The notes under the pieces: generated by a model | The model's input: only the letters and a program-made list of their open reading frames with translations | Database searches by the model: none | Told to the model about the DNA's origin: nothing | NCBI RefSeq assembly: GCF_963921235.1 | Contig: NC_086109.1 | Span: forward strand, 22,322,001-22,386,000 | Source of the DNA: Mobula hypostoma | Taxonomy: Eukaryota | Length of the DNA stretch: 64,000 bases | Direction of reading: 5' to 3' | Shown here: one piece after another, positions 24,456-39,400 of the stretch | Layout: each line of letters opens with the position of its first letter | Position numbering within the stretch: the stretch's first letter is position 1 | Translations under genes and position numbers: made by a program

Positions 24456-27400
24456 TTAGATTAAGACTTAAATGCAAGCACTTTGAATTAATTTGTTTTT
24501 CCCTTCCATGAAAAGCATTCACCAAAGCAGAAAAAATTCATGATTTATTACCTACAGTATCTCAACAAGGCATAAGAAAGTCCCTTTGAGTCTTTTATAC
24601 TGTAACCTTAATCAACATAACCTGAAAAAAGGCTTCACTATGAAATATTTTTAATGGATAGAGGAGGATATAGTGATGCAACAAAGGAAACACATTTTCA
24701 AATTAATATGAGATCAGTCATTATAAACCAGAGGAAATGTAGCCAGGGGAGGCAAATTCAATAGACACAATGAAAACTGAAGACAATTTAAAAATAACTT
24801 CTAGGGTGTAATCCTTCATGCATTCTTTTACTGAAAGTCACCTTCACTGTCAAGTAAACAGACTATCAGAGGGTTGAGTGGAATAAGCACCACAAGTGTC
24901 TGACATATTGCATTAGCCATTCTAGCACAGTACTTTGAGGGAAGGTGGAACAAAGCAGAAGAGGACAGATGCAAAAAGGCAGCAATTTATGAGAAGTAAA
25001 AATACTGAAGAGAGGAGTAAGGTGGTGCTGGTAAGAGAAGACTTTAACATAAGGATGATGAATCTACTGATGTAGTAACGTTATACTTTACATTTGAAAA
25101 TGAATGGTGCCAGGAAGGAAAGAGGCAAACACAGGTAGGAATGCATGGACGAATGCAAGACAATCATACAACAATCATGCTCTGACCTACACAGCCACAG
25201 ATGGGTGTAATTATTTATTTTTAGGCAGTTGTACAAAAAACAGAATCCAGTTATGCAGCTCTCCTCGATAGACAAGATAGTTAATTATACCCAGCATTCT
25301 TCCTCCAAATCTAAAGGCACCGAGTTCATGCAAGCTCATATTCTTGCTCCATAATGTAAAAGGTGCACCAGCATAGGATTCCCACTCATGGCTGCATTTT
25401 CATTCCCAGATCTGCTACAGGAGTTTTAACATGACACCTGATTCCTGATTGCTTTATTAGTACTCCAATCTATCAATACATTCTTAGTAGTCTCCTCTTT
25501 TCTCGTAGTCAATAAATAAACCCCTTGCCTTTTGTTACATGCCCACCAGCTCTCTACTCTTTTCAGACATAGCTCTCAACTTCTCATCCATCAGACCTTG
25601 TTCCTGCACCCTTGACCAATTTCTATTAAACAGCAAACTTAACTTCCTGCTTCGTTATAAATGGTTTGTTTACCTCTGTTGTCCCTGACTACTTCCCCTT
25701 TCAAACATCATTGCAATCACTCCCAATTCAAAATTCCATCCACAACAACTCGTGCCCTTGGCAATTACCAACCCACTTGCTAAGACATTGGCATATTAAT
25801 CAAAAATCCTGATTTTGGGGTCTTGTTTCAAAACTCCAGTTGTTCATTTCCCTCCATAGAATTTTCTGAGTTCTGGCATTTTGTGTGGGTTGCTCAAGGT
25901 TTTCAGCATCTACAGAATCTGTGTCAAGGGAACCATATACTCTTACTTCCCTCAAAACAACCCATGATTTTTATTTTGTGGCTTCTTTTGAATCAGCAGA
26001 TCCTCAGTGTGGTATCCCTTTAGTACTGTAATGAAATATAAGACTGGATTATGTGGTTAGGTCTCAGGAATGGTACATGAACCAATGTTGTACTGACATA
26101 AGACAAGATAAATACATACTATGAAAAGTAAATTAGAAATTAAAAACCCTGAAACGCCAGAAAATGCACACAACAATGTACTGCAAAGAGGAACTGTTTT
26201 GTTTTTGCAAGGACTTAAAACAGCTCCAAATACATTTTACTTCAGTTCTAGTTATTCTTAACGATATTGTTTAGTACTTATCATGATAAGTCATGAAGTT
26301 TATAGACACTTCATTTTGTACTAACTGCATCCATTACTAAGGCCACAGGCAAAACTAAACTATATATAACATATTGGCAAGAATGCTGCAGTCTGGACCC
26401 AGAAATTAAATGTCATTATGCTAATCGGCTGTTTATAGCATAGTGAAAATAAATAAATATCTTGCAGAACTATACTTTTGTGTCAACTATATACAGCAGT
26501 TGATCACTATTTTTAGCTACATAAAGTGCACAGCGCTAGTGTGCGATCACACAGGTACAGTCACATACAGTGCTCGTAAGTAGGTCATGGGAATACTTTA
26601 CAGTTGATTAGCAAGTCATGGAATGGAATGTGTACAGAATTCGAACAACTATTTTTCTCCTTTCTCCAACCTTTGAGTGAAAAGCAGGGAACTGTCTGTA
26701 AAGTTGATCTTATTTACAAAAATAAAGGATGAACTTGACAATGCACACAAAAGGACTTGAAAGGATTTTGATTAAAACTGCAATGACCTACTTTCTAGCT
26801 TTCTTTAATGGGAGCTTCCCATAATAAAAATTTTAGTACAGCTTTTTCTCTTGAGAGTTGTCAAGTCAACAGCTTAACACCATCATCATAGTCTGATACA
26901 AAGCAAAATCATGAAATATGTTCAGCAGAATAAAAATCCTTTGCTCGTAACATGGGGTATATTTTCATAGGTACAACTTCGACCAGAGTCAAGAGGTCAT
27001 GAATTCAAGTCCCCATCATCAAGGGGATAAACTCAACTCATGCTTTACTATAGTACTAAGAGTGCACTATCATTTTTCCTGTGAGATATAAATAGAGGCC
27101 CCGTCAACTGTTCTGGTAAACCATTATTTGATCAGGCCAGAAAAGTTTTCTTGGGGGTACTTGCTAGCATTCATTCCTTAACTAGCACATGGATTTACTT
27201 CAGCATTATTTCATTATCTGTAGGAGTCTGGTGAACAAACCAGCTGACCCATTTGCCTAGGCAACAAACTCCAGATTAAAAGGTTATACATAGAACTTTG
27301 GATATCTCAGCACATGGTGGCAGACAATTAAATACTAATTTTTAAATGATGAATAAGAGAAGCAAATATTGTAGGTCTTTCAGTAAGTAGGGAGGTGAAG

Positions 27401-27686
27401 GGGAAAAAGACTGCAGATGTTGGTGCACTCGGCCAGGCAGGCAGCAACTGTAGAGAGAGAAACAGAATATTTCTGATCAATCACCCTTCATAAAAGCTGA
27501 AAACAAATCAAAGAAGGGTAAAGTGTGGAGCAGCAAATAAAATTTGTGACAGGACGGCAGACCAAATTTATCTAGATATCCTTTATTTTAAAGATTGGCA
27601 GGTAGATTTAGGAGAGATAAGAAAAAAGGGAATAAAATGGGACCAAATTGTTCAGGAGCTGGCCATTAAAAAAAAGTGGAGCTTAA

Positions 27687-28024
27687 GGGGCAACACAGTA
27701 ATATGTTGAGTAAAGGTGCCATCTCACTGCACAAGCAACCTCGGTTCAATCTTGACCTTGGCTGCTGTGTGAAGTTCACACATTCGTGATCATATAGGTT
27801 TCCCATGGGCATTGTTATTTCCTTCTGTGTCCCAAAAACATACAGGTTGTTAAATTAACTTACCACTGTAAATCATCCTTTATGTAGATACATGGTAGAA
27901 TCTGGGAATGCACGGAGACTGGTCAAGTTAACGGGAATGTGGAAAGAAATAAATAGTATAAAAATGCAACTTAATAGTTGGCACAGATTTGACAGACTGG
28001 AGGCAGTTTTGGTGCTGTATCTCT
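27687..28024 (+). mobile_element. V-SINE (HE1-like) with CR1-type tail; similar copies near 36970-37295 (+), 29270-29540 (-) and 60980-61270 (+)
   Basis: B-box GGTTCAATCTTGAC, V-domain-like GGTTTCCCATGGGC..TTTCCTTCTGTGTCCCAAA, tail GTGCTGTATCTCT. Confidence 0.6.
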
Positions 28025-28764
28025 TCTCAATAAAAATGGGTTGAATTCCCTCGTTTTGAGATAAAACTTGTTTAAAGGGCACTACATTTTTATACTTTCT
28101 GCATGATTCACGTATTACAAAATATAATTCAACAAAATGGAAATCACCTTTTTTGTTATGGTCATCACATTTGCCACCCTCACTGCAGATATTAATTGCT
28201 TTACTTACTGAACTAAGACAAAGACAATACAACTCAGTATTTTCTAACAGCCAAGCTAAAGAGACAGAAGGGCTAGATTTCCTTAGAAATAAATTCCCAT
28301 GAACAACTTTCAACTGCAGGACAGAAGAAAAAAGTAACAGCATGTAGGTCTTGGCAAGGAAAAATCTCGTGTTATATCTTTCAAAAACAAAGATTAAAAA
28401 TATATACTTAATGTTTTAAATCAAGCTTTCTTGAACCTCAGGTGGTGGTTAAGGCACTCAGGATAGAAGGGAATCAATAAGAAAACCTAACTCAAGGACA
28501 AAAACAGCAAATAACAGAAGGTATTTACAGAACCTTGGTTAAATTGCTGCAGTATCTTTGCTATTCACTTCCATTTAATCATAGAGGTCTTTAATGTGAA
28601 CCAAATCAATGCACATTTACAGCACTCAGATGTCATCATGTGAACTTGCACTGTCAACTGTTTGTGCAGTTCACATGTAGTCCATCATGACTTCGGCAAG
28701 TCCCACTCTAGGTGGCAAATATCCAAAACCAATTCTTCATCTCTCTGTACATTCTTTTATTTGT

Positions 28765-28955
28765 CAACACAAAAGATTCAGCAGATGCTGGAAATCAAGA
28801 GCAACATACAAAATGGCTAGAGTAACTCAGCAAGTCAGGCAGCATTCATGGAATGGAATAATGATGCAGGGTCTCAGCCTGAACTATTGACTGTTTATCC
28901 CCCTTCATAGATACTGCCTGACCTAGCAAATTCCTCCAGCACTTTGCTTTGTTTG
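28765..28955. repeat. Inverted pair of Penelope terminal repeats around a degenerate hammerhead
   Basis: Left arm CAAAATGGCTAGAGTAACTCAGCAAGTCAGGCAGCATTCATG and right arm CATAGATACTGCCTGACCTAGCAAATTCCTCCAGCACTTTG; centre ATGATGCAGGGTCTCAGCCTGAACTATTGAC. Confidence 0.7.
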
Positions 28956-30114
28956 TTATACCCTTAACTTAGTGATGCTGACCGCAACAACTACTAGCCA
29001 AGCACTGATTCCAATTTAACATTCTCATCCCCTCTACCAAGCTTTTTGCACTTCCAGCCTCTGCTAAATCCTTGATTTCCAACACTTAAACTGCAGATGG
29101 TGCCTTGTCCCCAGATGCTGTAGTTCATTTCACGAATTCTTCAGGCTCTGGAAGGTATACCATGAAATAATTATTTTTGTCAAGCTATGATATGCAGGTT
29201 GTTGATTGTTCTCAGGTCCACCCTGTTACCTGCGTCATTATCTAAAGGTTCCCAATTAGAGGAAGTGTAATATTAAAATGATTGTGTATTGTAGAAATTC
29301 ATATTTTTCATGATATATTTTGGGCTCAAATCTAGGTGGGTTCCTAATCTAATTTTTCTACTTATTTCTTTGTAAACCTTTCTTATGCCTGTCATCTCCT
29401 CCATAATTCTCCTGACATCCAGTGAAACTAGGGGCAGTTTGCAGACGTCTTTGTGATGTGGAGGAAACAGGCAGTGTGCAAACCCCACACAATTATCAGC
29501 TGAGGTCACCACCCAAGAAGCTATGGAGCCATGAGCTTCAAACGGTTTTCTCTAACAGATCATACAACTACAGGTGAGAAATGTCAGGCAAATTCTCTCT
29601 TCCTCACTCTGCACCCTCCATTATCTGCTGTGAATTTCTTGCATAGTTTTATTTTTCTGAAGAGCATTTCACCTTGTTCTGGTTAGCACAGGCTGTTATT
29701 GGTTTTCTTGCATCTGACAAAGTGAACAAGGATTTTCACTCACCTGATTATTGATTCTCAGCAGGGAAAGCACTTTTGCCATGATTGCACAAGTCCCAGA
29801 ACTCCCAAATCACATAACAAACATTTGAGTACTAAAGTCCTATCACTTTTGTGACATTGGAAGTGTTGCAGCTAGGCCCCACAACAGTAGCAAGTTAAAA
29901 GACCTGTGGATGTTTATATTTTTATAATATGTAACATACATATACAGACACATCTATATAAACATGGTTAACAAAACTGATTGAAACAATGTTTTAGAGA
30001 AGCATAGATCCTTTGCATACTGAAGAGAAAGTACTCTCCTAAACACTACCTAGGCCTCAAATGAAGTATTGCATTAATTTCTGGGCATAATACGTTACAA
30101 AATGTGTTAAACAG

Positions 30115-32910
30115 TGTTGAGGTTGAGATGGTCATGTGCTTCAAATTCCTAGGAGTGAACATCACTGATAGCCTGCCCTGGTCCAACCACATAGATGCCA
30201 CTGTCAAGAAAGTTCACCAATGCCTCTAGTCCCTCAGGAAGCTATAGAAATTTGGCATGCCCCCATTGACTCTAATCAATTTTCATCAATACACCACAGG
30301 AAGGATCCTATTGATGCACCACAGCTTGATATGGCGACTGCTATACACATGACCACAAGAAACTACAGTGTGGCGGCTACAGTTCAACACACCAGAATCA
30401 GGTTTATTATCAGCTGCATGTGTCGTGATATTTGTTAACTTAGCAGCAGCTATAGAAGAAAAAACAATAATAAAAAAATCAGTAAATCAATTACAATATA
30501 CGCATATTGAATAGATTAAGTATTGTGCTCAAACAGAAATAACATATTAAAAAAGTGAGGTAGTGTTCACAGGTTCAATATCCATTTAGGAATAGGATGG
30601 CAGAGGGGAAGAAGTTGTCCCTGAATCACTGAGTGTGTGCCTTCAGGCTTTTGTACCTCTTACCTGATAGTAATAGTGAGAAAAGGGCATGCCCTGGGTG
30701 CTGAAGGTCCTTAATAATGGACACTGCCTTTCTGAGACACTGCTCCTTGAAGAGGCTAGTACCCAAGATGGAGCCAACTATACTTACAATCCTCTGCAGC
30801 TTCTTTCGGTCTTGTGCAGTGGCCCTCCCATACCAGACAGTGATGCAGCCTGTCAGAATGCTCTCCACGGCACATCTACAGAAGTTTTTGAGTGTATTTG
30901 TTGACATACCAAATCTCTTCTTGACACCCAGGAACTTGAAACTGCTCACTCTCTCCACCTCTGATCCCTCTATGAGGATTGGTATGTGTTCCTTCATCTT
31001 ACACTTCCTGAAGTCTACAATCAGTTCTTTTGTCTTACTGACATTGAGTGCAAGGTTGTTGCTGCGAACACCACTCCACTAGTTGGCATATCTCACTCCT
31101 GTACGCCCTCTCGTCTCCATCTGAGATTCTACCAACATTGACTGTATCATCAGCAAACTTTTAGAAGGTATTAGAACTGTCTAGAGAGAGTAGAGCAGTG
31201 GGCTAAGCACACACCCCTGAGTGCACCAGTGTTAACTGTCTGTGAGGAGGAGATGTTATCACCAATCCACACAGATTGTGGTCTTCCAGTTAGGAAGTCG
31301 AGGATCCAATTGCAGAGGGAGGTATAGGCCCAGGTTCTGTAACTTCTCAATCAGGATTGTGGGAATGATGGTATTAAATGCTGAGCTATAGTCGATGAAC
31401 AGCATTCTGACAGAGGTGTTTGTATTGTGCTGGTGGTCCAAACCCGTGTGAAGAGCCATGAAGATTGCATCTGCCGTTGACCTATTGTGGCGATAGGCAA
31501 ATTGCAATGGGTCCAGGTCCTCATTGAGGCAGGGATTCAGTCTAGTCATGACCAACCTCTCAAAGCGTTTCATCACTGTAGATGTGAGCGCTACCTGGCA
31601 ATAGTCATCAAAGCAGCTCACATTATTCTTCTTAGGCACTGGTATGGTTTCCTTTTTGAAGCTAGTAGGAATTTCCGTCTGAAGCAGTGAGAGGTTGAAA
31701 ATGTCCTTGAGTACTCCTGCCAGTTGGTTGGCACAGGTTTTCAGAGCCTTACCAGGTACTTCATCGGGACCTTCTGCCTTGCGAGGGTTCACCCTCTTTA
31801 AAGGCAGCCTAACATTGGCTTCAGAGACAGAGATCACAGGGTCACTGGATGCAGCAGGGATCTTCACAGCTGTAGTTATATTCTCCCTTTCAAAGCGGGC
31901 ATAGAAGGCGTTAATCGCTGCCATTCATGGTATTGGGCTTCGCTTTGTAGGAAGTAATGTCTTGCAAACCCTGCCAGAATTGTCGTACGTGTGATGTCGC
32001 CTCCAACCTCGTTTGAAATTGTCTCTTCGCCCTTGAAATAGCGCTCCGCAAATCATACCTGGTTTTCTAGTACAGATCTGGGTCGCCAGACTTGAATGCC
32101 ACAGATCTAGCCTTCAGCAGATGACATACCTCCTGGTTCATCCACGGCTTTTGGTTTGGGAATGTACAGTATGTCCTTGTAGGCACACAATCATCCACAC
32201 AGGTTTTACTGAAGTCGGTAACAATTGCAACATACTCATCCAAATTTGAAGATGAATCCCTGAGTACAGTTCAGTCCACCGTTTCAAAGCAATCCTGTAA
32301 GCGCTCCTGTGCTTCCCTTGTCCATACCTTCTTGGTCCTCACCACTGGTGCTGCAGTCTCCAGTCTCTGCCTAAACTCAGGGAGTAGAAGTACAGCCAGG
32401 TGATCAGACTTCCTGAATTGAGGGCTTGGTAGGCATTCAGTGGTCCAGCGTGTTGTTTCCTCTGGTAGTACAAGTGATCTGTTGATAGTAATTGCTTAGT
32501 GATTTTTCCAGGTTAAAATCCCCGGCCTGGTTAAAATCCCCCAAAACAATGGTGGAGGCATTATGGTGTGCTGTTTTGTGCATGTGGAACATCATGGAAA
32601 CCAGCCTCCCCTCCAGGGACTCCATTAGTAAAACATCCAGCTTACTCAAAAAAAAACCCACCCTGGGCATGCTGTCTTCGCCCTGCTCCCATCAGACAGA
32701 AGATATAAAAACCTGAACGCATGTTCCACCAGAGTCAAGCACAGCTTCTACTATGCTGTTATATGACGACTGAATAGTTCAATAAAATGGACTGTTGCGC
32801 TCATAATCGACCTCACTATGACCTTGTACCTGCACTGTACTCTCTTCAGTTGTTACACTTCATGTTATAGTTTTACCCTGTTCTACCTCAATCCACCATG
32901 TAATGATCTG
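30115..32910 (+). mobile_element. Rex1/Babar 3' fragment (+) split by a second Rex1 insertion
   Basis: Left part FKFLGVNITDSLPWSNH..; right part resumes at ~32589 with IMETSLPS..HPGHAVFALLPS. Confidence 0.75.
30395..32588 (-). mobile_element. Rex1/Babar LINE (endonuclease end + RT), decayed
   Basis: IVLGDFNQA, TRGNNTLDH, NPRKAEGPD, VALTSTVMKRFERLV, LDPLQFAYRHNRSTADA, VRMLFIDYSSAFNTI, VERVSSFKFLGV. Confidence 0.92.
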
Positions 32911-35900
32911 ATCATTGTACATTTCCAATTCCCTTGAGTAGTCATGAAGGAGATCTACCAAAATGGACTAGAGTGAAGGAATATTAGTCATTGAAAAGTT
33001 GCAGTTGACTTTTTAGCAGTAAGGACACATATACAAGATCATGAAAGCTTTTGATACACTAAATAAAAGGAAACTTTTCTCCCCCCAGTGGCAGAGGATA
33101 TTTTTGGAACATAAGAGCAAGAGACAATAGAAATAATTTATATTTGTTCTGCAAATTGCCATGACCTGCAATAAACTTCCTACAAAGGGTGGTGGAAGCA
33201 GATTCAGCCAGAATGTTCAAAAAGGGAAACAAATAGGCCATGAAGAAAGTAGAAAGGAATAGGGCCAATTGATTTCGGAGAAGCTGACGCAAACATGAAA
33301 GGCCAAAGAGCCAGCCCCTGGGCTTTACGCTACCTCGCTGGTTTAGTGATCCTTGTTGAGGAAAAATACGGGCCAGAGTACGAGGGATAAATGAGCTGCT
33401 CTACTGTAAGAATATAGCATTGAAAGGTTTTCCTATCCACCCAAAAAAAAGCAGAGGAGCCTATTAATGTCCCATCTGCAAAGCAGCATTACTGACTGCA
33501 ACTCATCACAAACTGAGAGTCATAACTTCAGGGCCTGTAGAACTAAGATTGATGATGACTGATGGAAATCACAGCATGTATAGCCCCATGTCAGCTGAAA
33601 GGAGTCAGCCAAAGCATATGGATACTGACTCTGGAAGAAAGGATTGAAAAAAAATTGCAGCTACTCTTCAAACAACTAGCACAGGAAATTAAAGAAAGAA
33701 ACACTCCAAGAAATGCTCTGCCACAATGACAAGATAAAAACCTGACTGTCTGATGTCTGCTCTGAAGAATAAATGATGATCTAATTGAGTTCAGTACAGA
33801 GCCTTTGGCTGCACACATCTGGAGTATTGCCCAGTTCTAGACAGCAGGAAATATTGCCCTTGGAGAAGATGCAGTGAGAATAATACCCTTGTATCTCAGT
33901 TGGTATGCAGGACGTGTTCTGAGGAAAGAGGAATAAGCAATAAAGTAGGTAATCCTGTTATTATTTATAGAGAGATGCATTACTGGTAGTGCCGCTCTGC
34001 TGGGAACCTTGCACGAACTCTTACTCTCTGCAATGCTGCGTGGAACTGTGCTAGAAACCTGGTGTCAATCCATGATGATCCATCCCACAGCTTGATGCCT
34101 TAAAGGGCTGGTTTTCAGTGGGCCAGCATGAGCAATGTGGTCACTTAGCACTTTGGCAGGCTCACTGAGCCTGGGCCATAGCAACACCTGTTCCATTTAT
34201 TTCCATCAGCTCAAGTCCTGTGGCTGCCCATCAATTCCTGTTGGACATGACAGAAGCTACCATTCTCCTTGCTTGTGTAGTTCTGCCCAGCAAGATTTCA
34301 ACAAAAAGAAATCTCTGGACTGGAGAGGAGTTGTGCAGTGGCACAAAGAGGGGTAGATGATAGATTTAACTGCATTCAAAAGAGAAAGAGAAGGACTGCA
34401 GGACCCAAGCAGCCACTGCTCATGTCCATTTCTGGCCCACACTTACCATAGTGTCTAGGGTACAGCCCGCCCAGCTCTTGCTCTCTCATGCAACCACTCC
34501 ATGGCAAACTATGGGGATATTCATTGCTGGGAGAGTGCCGGTAGAGGCCAATGCCACAGCACAGCAGGATACAGCAACAAGGACCACAGGGGCTCACACC
34601 ATGTTCGCAATACTGCTGCACGTTGCGTGACCAGATGTCTAATTAGAAGTACAAGGGCAAACGTTTAGACTGAAGCACCAAGGGCACTCTAATGAATTAG
34701 TGCTCTGCAGGACGACACTATGTGGAGTCCAGTGAACTACGATTTAGAAAGCTAAACTGAGAATAGAGTCCACAATCTTTGCTTTGTTCCACAGAGTTTA
34801 AAAGAATGTGGGGTAGCATAATCAAAGTCTTTTAACAGATGCAAGAAATAAATAGAGATAGCATAGAGAAATATTTTCCTAGTTATATCTGGAACAAGCA
34901 CATCCTAATACTGAAGTTATGGTTCAAAAGGGTATCAGCCAAATGGGATTAGCTTGGTTGTGCATCTTGATCAGTATGGATCAGAAGGGCTAAATGACCT
35001 GTTCAGTGTTGTATGACTACGTGCCATTCAGGAATGAATTCAGCAAAATAGAAAAGTGCAATTCTGAAACACTCTCCTTCAAATGGCTGCGAACGATTGA
35101 AATTTTCAAAAGTGATACTGGCAGATTTTTGATATACTGTATAAGGAAACAAAGACTCGTTACTGAATAAAAACAGGGTCTAAATAGACAGAGAATCTTA
35201 TTGACATTTACAAAATCTAGGGTTTCAAGGCCATCTTCTGTATCCTCATTCTATCCAGCACTGTATACAGAGGTTAACACTTGCTCTTGGCAGGTTCTCT
35301 AACAACCTAGGCATTGATAAACGCAGCTCGTCACACATTAAGATACCTTCATTGCCAATATAATGTTGTCAATAACATTTTAAAGAGCAAACATATTTAT
35401 TTGTATAAACTTCTAAAGCATTCACTTGTGACAATAACCATGACCATTTAAATAAAACTTGATTTCAAGCTGTTGAAATAGATACTTCTATTTAACTATC
35501 AATAATTCTCCACAATCTTGCTTCTGCAAAAAGCATGGAGATATGGATTTAACTGGATGGAATTGCTCATTACTGCAGGACCCATAATACAAAGCAAATC
35601 ATTCAGAAGACAAAATAAGCTTATCAACATCTAAAGATCAAAACTGCTTTAGAATTGGGGGTCTGAGAATCATCTGCCAAGTGTGATTGATTACTTATCA
35701 ACCTATGAAGAGCTGCATGAATCAAGTGTCATCTTGAGTTCTGTTCTCACGTACAGAATATTGTTCTACTAAAGATCTTAAATTGCAGTATGTGGAAAAT
35801 TAAAGGCGGGAATTTACATAGGATTTTAATATATATTGTGGTCATATATTGGTTTAGTGATATGCATTAATTTAGCGTTCAGCAAAGACTGCAACTGTGT

Positions 35901-36289
35901 GCTAATTTTATGTAGTATAGGCTCAATACAAATAAAATCAGATTTAGGCAGACTACATACAACCATGGTCAGATTCGGAAGCCTAAAATATATTGCCAAT
36001 CCAAATATGATATAAACTTTGCAGATTTACACAACTTTTTAAAAATTAAGTGTAATAAAATAGTATGCAAATACATAAACTTCTGGAATAGACTAATGAC
36101 AGAGTAAATCCTGATAAGGTGCAAGAAACCCTCAGTAGATTTTATTTTACTGTTAAACAATAAGTTTAAATTAAGCTATTGAGTAAACTGCCTACAATAA
36201 ACTAGATCTATAGCCTATAAGAACATAGTCACATGAGAAGTTCAACAGTAGACAATGTAATACAATGAGAGACAAAGTTATGGGTAGAA

Positions 36290-36470
36290 ATGCCAGAGAC
36301 TGCAGATGCTGAAACCTGGAGCAAAAAGCAAGATGCGGGAGGAACTCAGGCAGCAGGTACGGAGGGGAATGCACTCTCGACATCTCAGGTTAAAACTCTT
36401 TATCTGGAACATCGAACATCCATTTACCTCCATCAGCACTGCCTGACCAGCCGAGCATCTTTTGTTTGCT
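36290..36470. repeat. Inverted pair of Penelope terminal repeats
   Basis: CTGCAGATGCTGAAACCTGGAGCAAA..GGAGGAACTCAGGCAGCA versus CTGCCTGACCAGCCGAGCATCTTTTG. Confidence 0.6.
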
Positions 36471-39400
36471 TTACCTATAGGTGTTTTTCCAGACTAAAAT
36501 GATGTAAATGAGTTGGTGGTAGGAGGCAGCTCAGTGTTGCCACATACTGGGAAAATATTTTGGTACTTTAGAGCAAAAACCCTAGGGCAATTCAATTCAG
36601 CCTAAAGGAATATATCTGCAAATAACTCTAGGAATTCTATAATATGCATTACATATATGAGACAGATTGGGGAGGTGGGCAATATACAATATGAAAATCT
36701 CAATTTCTCTCTTTTTGTATTTACACAGTTTGTGTCTTTTGCATACTGCAGTCTTCCATTGACTATATTATGACTATTATTCTATTATGGATTTATTGAC
36801 TATGCCAGCAAGAAAATGAATCATGGATGTATATTGTGACATATATGTACTTTGATAATAAATTTACTTTGAACTTTGAGGGCAAGGTAGCTGAGTACAG
36901 TTGTTAAGATACAGGCAAACAAAGGTCAAATGAAAAATTTTGAGGGTCAAATTAATTTCAATTAAGACAGTACGATGGTGAAGCTAACAGAGATGCAGCC
37001 GCACAGCTCCAGCCACTAGATTTGATCCTGCCCTCCAGTGTTGCTTGTGCATTCTGTAACCATGGGGGTTTCCTCTGGGTGCTCTGGTTTCCCCAGGCAT
37101 TTCAAAAAAATGCTAATTGGTAGATTAACTGTGTACTGTAAATTACCTCTCATACATCAGTGCATGACACAGTCTGGGGAGAGCTGATGAGAATGTCAGG
37201 AGAATTAAAAAATGGATTCATCTACAATTAGTGCATATAGGTGGCTAATAGTCAGTGTGGACTTGTCCACCCAAAGGCCTGTTCCCATGCTATTTTTGAC
37301 TGAAAGAAAAAATAACATTTGCCTCATGTTTCCAAATAGTGGGGTGGAATGTGTGGGGGAATGGAAGTTGGAAAGATACTATGGAGGGCACAAATAGGGT
37401 AGGCAGCAGTAAACTTCTCATAACAGAGGTGTTGATACCATGAGGATTAAGAGGTTTAGAGAACGTACGAGATGATTATTTTTCACCCAGAGATTGGTAT
37501 ACATTGTCTGAGGTGGCAGTAATGCCACTTTCAACGTCTGAGAATGTCCAGACAAGCACTTGACTCACTGAGGTTCAGAAGACAAGTGCTGGTAAATGGG
37601 ATTCGTACAGATGGGCAGCCATGATAGAACAGGCCTGTTTCTGTGCAGTATGACTTAAGAGATAGTGTTTTCTTTTTTGTTTTGTATAATGCTACTCCTA
37701 TTATATTTATTCTAAACAATCAACCACACACACTTAAATACAACAGAGTCACTAAGATTAATTAATTTGTTTAACAATGTTTTGCCAGTAATAAAAGCAA
37801 ATCATACTACTGTTTCACAGCGGAACAAACTGGTTTAAAAGGGTAGATTATACTGCAAATGCAAGCTGCTCTCCTTTTACAACGGACAGATACTGCCAAG
37901 ACCTTGTCTTTAATCAGAAACAGCGTCACTCGAGGACACAGTCAGACAGCTAAGTTACAGTCTCTAAGTGAGACTTTCAGCAAATATTTATAACCACTCG
38001 CTTACTCAGTCTCTTTGGCATCCTTCCAGCTTCCTCATTTATTCAGAGCAAGCACTAATCTGGGAGCAGCTCCTACAAAGGAACCCATTAGGTTAGATTA
38101 TATTTTAAAATGAACACATGCTTTATTGAATCTTCTGAAAAGCCACTACTGTACTAGGCGAGGCCATTAGTGTATTTCTTTAAAAAAAAGGTCCTGTGTG
38201 CAAAGGTTTGTATTCTTTGTGACTGCCATTACACACCCTTCCAGCTTTCATTTCACTGTTGTGCTGTTTTCTCTTAAAAATCTGGTTAAACTACCTGCAA
38301 GTTACAATATGTTTCAGTAATTGCTTTCACTGACTATTTAAGTTGCAAAAATTGTAAGCTACAAAATTAACTTACAAAATTATTATTCACGATCAACTTG
38401 CCAGCTAGACAAAGACTTGAATGGAAGCTGATGATACATTCCCCTATTCAGTAAAATACCTCATACACTGTAATGCACGAATGTTTAACGGCATTTATGA
38501 GGCAATAAGCATTCTAAGGTTTCATTTGGTAAGTCATTGATAATCCAATTGTTCTTCATTCATGTTAATGATTTGGACTCCAGAGAACTAGAAAGTGGAT
38601 TTCATGATTTTAGAATTATGTGAAATAGTCACCACCTTTCGCTGTAGTTTAAAATTGGGGTCAGCAAAAACAAAAATTACTAAATTGGCACACACTCACT
38701 TTAAGAGTTTATCATGGTTGGATTAATAAACTTTTAACTATCGGGGATATAGGAAGGTGGTGCTGAGAAAGAGATAAGCCACGACCTTGTTGAATGTTAG
38801 TGTAACCCGTAAGGAGATGAATGGCCTATACTTCCCTCTCGTATGAACAGTACATCACCTCTGGGATGAGGAAAAAAGTCACAAGAGGAATTATTCCATT
38901 GGCACTTTTGGGGTGATACTTGTTTGATTTCTGATAATTTTTTGATGATTCTGCGGCTTTCATTAGTGCAATATCCTGAAAGCATGAGAAGATTCACCTC
39001 CCCGCGCCCCCCCCCCCCGCCACCCCCAGCTTTGGGTATTGGTGATCGAGAACTAAGCTTTTCTAAGTTAAAGAATGCATAGTTTTTGCCACCTTCATTA
39101 TATCTATTTTTTGACGAGCTAAGAAGCAAACTGCAGACTGAACAATACTCAACATTGCAAACATTGCAAGAATTCAACTGTTTGGATCCTCAAGCATGCT
39201 CCGCCAAGATTGTGACTGATCTTCCACGTCAATCTAAATTTCCTAATCCCTTGACTCTTCCAATATCCAAAAATCTATCAATCTGGGTAAGCTAAAGTTT
39301 TTAATCTGTTAACCTAGCCAGTTGCAGAATGAAAGGAAGTTAACATTGGAATGCAGTTACGTGCATGATCTTGGAGGCTACTAACCAGACTCGTTTATCC

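Noticed and set aside
27873..28343. 156-aa minus-strand ORF (and similar ORFs at 5916, 7616, 38797, 53123, 56318)
   Set aside because: No recognisable domain; these overlap repeats or AT-rich intron and have composition typical of chance frames.
32508..32545. Duplicated GGTTAAAATCCCC (GDFN twice)
   Set aside because: A simple local tandem duplication inside a dead Rex1 endonuclease.
38999..39030. C-run / potential G-quadruplex
   Set aside because: A short low-complexity tract with no other support for function.
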